The notes below the pieces were generated by a model that saw only the letters and a list, made by a program, of their open reading frames with translations, had not been told where the DNA came from and ran no database searches. From Candidatus Saganbacteria bacterium (GTDB taxonomy: Bacteria > Margulisbacteria > WOR-1 > O2-12-FULL-45-9), in contig JAFGDE010000012.1 in NCBI GenBank assembly GCA_016932255.1, positions 58,049 to 122,048 of the forward strand: a DNA stretch of 64,000 nucleotides. Direction: 5' to 3'. This document shows, piece by piece, positions 60,034 to 64,000 of this stretch (positions are counted from its first letter, which is position 1; each line of letters opens with the position of its first letter). The translations under genes and the position numbers were made by a program.

Positions 60034-60962
60034 TTTTTGGCCTGCGCCTCCACCAGAAAGACAAAAACATCCTCAAGCGACGGTTTGATCCGCTCGATGC
60101 GGCTGACCTTGATGCCCTTTCGCGTTAACTCCTGCTTGAGCAGTTCCGCAACTGATCCATCAGGCACCACCGCATGGAGAAAGATACCGTAAAGAGCCAC
60201 GTCCTTGATCTGAGGCAGCTGGCGCAGGGCTTCCAGCCCGGCCATGACCTGGTCGCACTCGATCTCCAGCAGCACATCGGTCATGAAAGAGGTCTTGAGG
60301 TTCTCAGGCGTGTCGCAGGCGATCAGCCGGCCGCTGCTGATCAGGGCGATGCGGTCGCAGTATTCCGCCTCGTCCATGTAATGGGTGCTGACCAGCGTGG
60401 TAACGCCGGACCTGGCCAGGTCCTTGATCACGCCCCAGAATTTCCTGCGCGACATCGGATCAACACCGGCGGTCGGCTCGTCCAGAAAAATGATCCTGGG
60501 ATTGTTGACCAGGGCACAGCCCAGGGCCAGGTGCTGTTTGACAGAACCGGCCAGGTTGGCGGTCAATTCTTTTTCCTTGCCAAAAAGCTCAGCCCGTTTG
60601 ATGATCTCTTCCTTGTCCCTGGCGCGCGTGGCAACAGGCGTTTGATAAATACCCTGATAAAAGCTGATGTTCTCGTACACGGTCAGGTCATCATAAAGCG
60701 AGAACTTTTGCGACATATAACCGATGTTCTGTTTGATCTGTTCTGATTGCGTAGCGACATTGAAACCGCCGACCAGGCCCGTGCCGGACGTCGGGTCAAG
60801 CAGGCCGCAAAGCATGCGGATGGTCGTGGTCTTGCCAGCGCCGTTGGGGCCGAGAAAACCGAAGATCTCGCCCTGCTTGACCGAAAAACTGACCCGGTCA
60901 ACGGCAGTGAACCGGCCGAACTGCTTGACCAGGTCCCTGACCTCAATAGCCTGGGCGTTCAT
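60030..60962 (-). CDS. ABC transporter ATP-binding protein
   Basis: Walker A GPNGAGKTT, LSGGxxQ signature, Walker B FLDEPT. Confidence 0.85.
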   Translation of the reverse strand: MNAQAIEVRDLVKQFGRFTAVDRVSFSVKQGEIFGFLGPNGAGKTTTIRMLCGLLDPTSGTGLVGGFNVATQSEQIKQNIGYMSQKFSLYDDLTVYENISFYQGIYQTPVATRARDKEEIIKRAELFGKEKELTANLAGSVKQHLALGCALVNNPRIIFLDEPTAGVDPMSRRKFWGVIKDLARSGVTTLVSTHYMDEAEYCDRIALISSGRLIACDTPENLKTSFMTDVLLEIECDQVMAGLEALRQLPQIKDVALYGIFLHAVVPDGSVAELLKQELTRKGIKVSRIERIKPSLEDVFVFLVEAQAKK

Positions 60963-61705
60963 TGCTTGCCCCCAGCCACAGGCGTGCGGCAGCCCTCAAT
61001 TATATTGATAAAAGCTTCTTCCAGGGTCCTGGCCTGAGCTTGCTGCTTGACGGCCGATGGCGTGTCGCAGGCAAGCAAATGCCCCTCCCGGATCAGGGCC
61101 ACGCGATTACAGCGTTCGGCCTCATCCATATACGGCGTGCTCACAATGATCGTCAGGTCGGTCAGAGAATACAGAATGCGCCAGAATTCACGTCGGGAAA
61201 TAGGATCAACGCCGGTGGTCGGCTCGTCCAGAAAAAGCACTTTAGGCGTATGGATAAGATTGCAGGCCAGGCCAAGCTTTTTCTGCATACCGCCGGAGAG
61301 GTTGCGCGCCCGGCGCGCGGTAAAAGCCGCCATGCTGGTCGAGCTGAGCAGCTGCTCTTTGCGCTGCTTGCGCTGCTCCTGGGGCACGGAATAAATATCA
61401 GCGTAGAACTCGATATTCTCGTCAACGGTCAGGTCGCCGTAAAGGCTGAAGCGCTGTGGCATGTAGCCGATCAGGTCGCGGATCTTCTCTTCCTCATGCC
61501 GGGTATCCAGACCCATCACCCTGGCCTCGCCGGATGTCTGGACCATGGCCGTGGCCAGCATGCGCAGTGTCGTGGTCTTGCCCGCGCCGTCCGGTCCGAC
61601 CAGGCCGAAGATCTCCGCCGGCCTGACCGAAAGTGAAAGCCCCGAAACAGCAACCAGGTCCTTGAACTTCTTGGTCAGCTCGACGGCTTCTACTGCAGAT
61701 CCCAT
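60959..61705 (-). CDS. ABC transporter ATP-binding protein (second ATPase)
   Basis: Walker A GPDGAGKTT, LSGGMQKK, FLDEPT. Confidence 0.85.
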   Translation of the reverse strand: MGSAVEAVELTKKFKDLVAVSGLSLSVRPAEIFGLVGPDGAGKTTTLRMLATAMVQTSGEARVMGLDTRHEEEKIRDLIGYMPQRFSLYGDLTVDENIEFYADIYSVPQEQRKQRKEQLLSSTSMAAFTARRARNLSGGMQKKLGLACNLIHTPKVLFLDEPTTGVDPISRREFWRILYSLTDLTIIVSTPYMDEAERCNRVALIREGHLLACDTPSAVKQQAQARTLEEAFINIIEGCRTPVAGGKQ

Positions 61706-62481
61706 TTAAAGTCCGCGTCAGCCGGCATGCCGGCTTTTAGCTTCATGCCGGGGTTGTCGATCTCGATCTTAATGCCAAAGACCTGGGTCACACGCTCATC
61801 CTTGGTCTGAATAGCTCGGGGCGTGAACTCGGCCTTATCTGAGATGTAAATGACCTTGCCCTGGAATTTTTCATTTGGGTACGAATCGACCGAAATGTCA
61901 ACGGTCTCGCCCAGCTGGACCTTGCCGACATCCCTTTCAGGGACATAGACCGTGAGCTTGACCTTGCTCAGGTCGGCCAGAGTGACTATCGGCGAGCCGA
62001 CCGTGGCCAGTTCGCCTTTTTCAATGGCCTTGACCAGGACCGTGCCGGAGATCGGCGCGGTGATCGTGGCATTGTCCAGCTGGATCCTGGCGCTCTCCAG
62101 CGCTGAAGAAGCTATCTCCAGGTTGGAGGTTATAGTATCGAATTGCTGGGGGCTGATCAATTTGTCCGCGTATAAGCTCTTATTGCGGTCATAGTTATCT
62201 TTGGCGATCTTGTACTGGGCCTGAGCGCTTTTAAAAGTCTGGCTCAGCTGGCTCGTATCCAGTTGGGCCAGCACATCGCCTATCTTGACCTGGTCCCCTT
62301 CCCTGACCTTAAGATCGATCACCCGGCCGACGACCTGGCTGCTGACCACCACTTCTGTGCCTTCGATCGTGCCGGAAGCCAGCAGATCCGGGCTCAGGTT
62401 GCTTTGATAGAGATACCAGCCCAGGCCAATGATCAGCAGAACAATGACCAGCCCGAGAATGGATAACTTCTTCTTGTCCAT
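61690..62481 (-). CDS. HlyD-family membrane fusion protein (YbhG-like)
   Basis: 263 aa; N-terminal TM, coiled coil, beta-barrel domains. Confidence 0.8.
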   Translation of the reverse strand: MDKKKLSILGLVIVLLIIGLGWYLYQSNLSPDLLASGTIEGTEVVVSSQVVGRVIDLKVREGDQVKIGDVLAQLDTSQLSQTFKSAQAQYKIAKDNYDRNKSLYADKLISPQQFDTITSNLEIASSALESARIQLDNATITAPISGTVLVKAIEKGELATVGSPIVTLADLSKVKLTVYVPERDVGKVQLGETVDISVDSYPNEKFQGKVIYISDKAEFTPRAIQTKDERVTQVFGIKIEIDNPGMKLKAGMPADADFKWDLQ

Positions 62482-62501
62482 GTTTACCCCCTATTCTTTC
62501 G

Positions 62502-64000
62502 CTACTGCCCTGTCGACCGAGCGGCCTGGATAATTTTCTTGGCCAAGGCGACCGCACCGACCGCGTCCATGCTGTAATTTGCGCCGATCCGGTCGGCATA
62601 GCCTTTGGTCACGACCGCGCCGCCGACCAGCAATGGTATGTCTAGCCCGGCATCGTCAAGTTCTTGTCTGACAACGCCCATTTCGACCATCGTGGTCGTT
62701 AAGAGGGCCGACAAAGCGATAGCGTCCGGCCGCTCCTTCTTTGCCATTGAAACGATCTGTTCCGGCGGCACGTCCTTACCCAGGTCGATCACTTTAAAAC
62801 CATTGTTCTCCAGGAGCATCTTAACTATATTCTTGCCGATATCGTGGATATCGCCTTTGACCGTGGCCAGCAGGACCTTGCCCGCGACCTTGATCTTACC
62901 CTTGGGTATCTTCGCTTTACACAGTTCAAAACCTGTCTTCATGGCTTCAGCTGAACTGAGCACCTGGGGCAGGAAATACTCTTTTTTGTTGAATTTTTTG
63001 CCGACTATTTCCATGCCCGGGACCAGTGACTGATCGATGATCTTTTGGGGGTCTTTGCCTTTGTCCAGGGCCTGTTCGGTGAGCTGGCACACAGCCTCAG
63101 CATCGCCCTCAATAACCGCAGTCTCGATATCCGCATAGCTTTTGAACTTAAGCTCCTGCAGTTCCACCTCTCTTTTTTTCTCAGCCGGCCTGCCGGAGCG
63201 TTTGGCCGCGCTGACAGCGTCCTTGAACACGTTCAGCAGTTTTTCGCGCGGCTGCGGTTTGGCTTTCAAAGCTTTCTTGATCTGCGGATCGGTCAGGTCG
63301 ATAATAGCCGCGTCCAGGCCGTAAACCCGGGCCAGCTGCAGATAAAGCGCGTTCAATTTGGCACGGTCAGGCATGCCGTGAGACACATTGCTGATCCCCA
63401 GGATCGTTTTAACTCCCAGTTTGTCCTTGACCATGGGAATGGCCTTCAGCGCTTCCAGGCAGTCATTTATCCCGACCCCGGCCGTCATGACCAGATTATC
63501 AACAAAGATATCAGCGCTCTTGATACCGGCGTCATTGGCCGCGGTCACGATCTTCTCCGCGATCCGCAGGCGGTCGGCAGCGGATTTTGGTATCCCTTGC
63601 TCGTCCAGGCACAGTGCAATGACCGCCGCGCCGTACTTCTTGGCCAGCGGCAGGATCTTCTCCAGGCTGTCCTTTTTGCCGTTGACCGAATTGAGCAGGC
63701 CGCGGCCGCAAAAGGCTTTCAAGCCCTCTTCCAAAGCATGCGGGTTTGGGCTATCGATCGACAAAGGCAGATCGGAGAATGATTGGACCACCCTGACAGC
63801 CGCGGGCATGACCTCGGATTCCTGGATCTCCGGCACAGAGATATTAACATCAAGCAGATCAGCCTTAGCCTTGGTCTGGTCAATTGCCTCAGTCTTGATG
63901 ATCTGGGTCTTTCCGGATTGGATCTCTTCCCGAAAAGCTTTTCTGCCGGTCGGGTTGATCCTCTCGCCGACAGACAAGAACCTGCCAGGGCAGACATCGA
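62502..64000 (-). CDS. metH: Cobalamin-dependent methionine synthase, pterin-binding + B12-binding domains; N-terminal Hcy domain lies beyond the window and no C-terminal reactivation domain is present
   Basis: Frame stays open to the window edge (...DVCPGRFLSVGERINPTGRKAFRE). Pterin-binding TIM barrel then cap and DxHxxG B12 motif GDIHDIGKNIV; stop right after the B12 domain. Confidence 0.7.
   Translation of the reverse strand, partial: DVCPGRFLSVGERINPTGRKAFREEIQSGKTQIIKTEAIDQTKAKADLLDVNISVPEIQESEVMPAAVRVVQSFSDLPLSIDSPNPHALEEGLKAFCGRGLLNSVNGKKDSLEKILPLAKKYGAAVIALCLDEQGIPKSAADRLRIAEKIVTAANDAGIKSADIFVDNLVMTAGVGINDCLEALKAIPMVKDKLGVKTILGISNVSHGMPDRAKLNALYLQLARVYGLDAAIIDLTDPQIKKALKAKPQPREKLLNVFKDAVSAAKRSGRPAEKKREVELQELKFKSYADIETAVIEGDAEAVCQLTEQALDKGKDPQKIIDQSLVPGMEIVGKKFNKKEYFLPQVLSSAEAMKTGFELCKAKIPKGKIKVAGKVLLATVKGDIHDIGKNIVKMLLENNGFKVIDLGKDVPPEQIVSMAKKERPDAIALSALLTTTMVEMGVVRQELDDAGLDIPLLVGGAVVTKGYADRIGANYSMDAVGAVALAKKIIQAARSTGQ

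Overview
This window is a densely coding, ~55% GC bacterial chromosomal segment with about 75 genes and no rRNA, tRNA, CRISPR, transposase or integrase. The host looks like a diderm anaerobe. That is inferred from the gmhA-gmhB-hldE ADP-heptose genes, an LptC/OstA-like protein, two TolC/HlyD-type exporters and a complete rseC-rnfCDGEAB-tlpA-ccdA ion-translocating Rnf locus. T9SS type-A C-terminal sorting domains and PorV-like outer-membrane barrels suggest an uncultured FCB-group or candidate-phylum bacterium rather than a classical proteobacterium. Housekeeping genes include rarA, crcB, tatD-family, rmlC, panD, hisG, murE, trpG/pabA, serS, cysS, cysE, asd, trxB and the C-terminal part of metH (truncated at the window edge). 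Other blocks are a larB-larC nickel-pincer cofactor pair, a split Aas-like acyl-ACP synthetase/ACP/acyltransferase trio, a MacAB-TolC-like exporter and a YbhGFSR-like ABC-2 exporter. The most unusual feature is a 7.8 kb minus-strand operon (12655-20410), translationally coupled except for one 14-nt gap, lying directly upstream of rnf. It encodes a 1244-aa Ig/FN3 adhesin with a T9SS C-terminal domain, a CTD-only mini-lipoprotein, a PorV-like barrel fused to TPR repeats, a periplasmic-TPR/Zn-ribbon/AAA+ ATPase, a stand-alone receiver and RseC. Further points are many TATAAT or TGnTATAAT boxes 6-12 nt before start codons, suggesting leaderless mRNAs, and recurring paired hairpins with TGAAC/GTTCA loops. 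All calls rest on reading the translated ORFs and the sequence by eye; no database search was possible.
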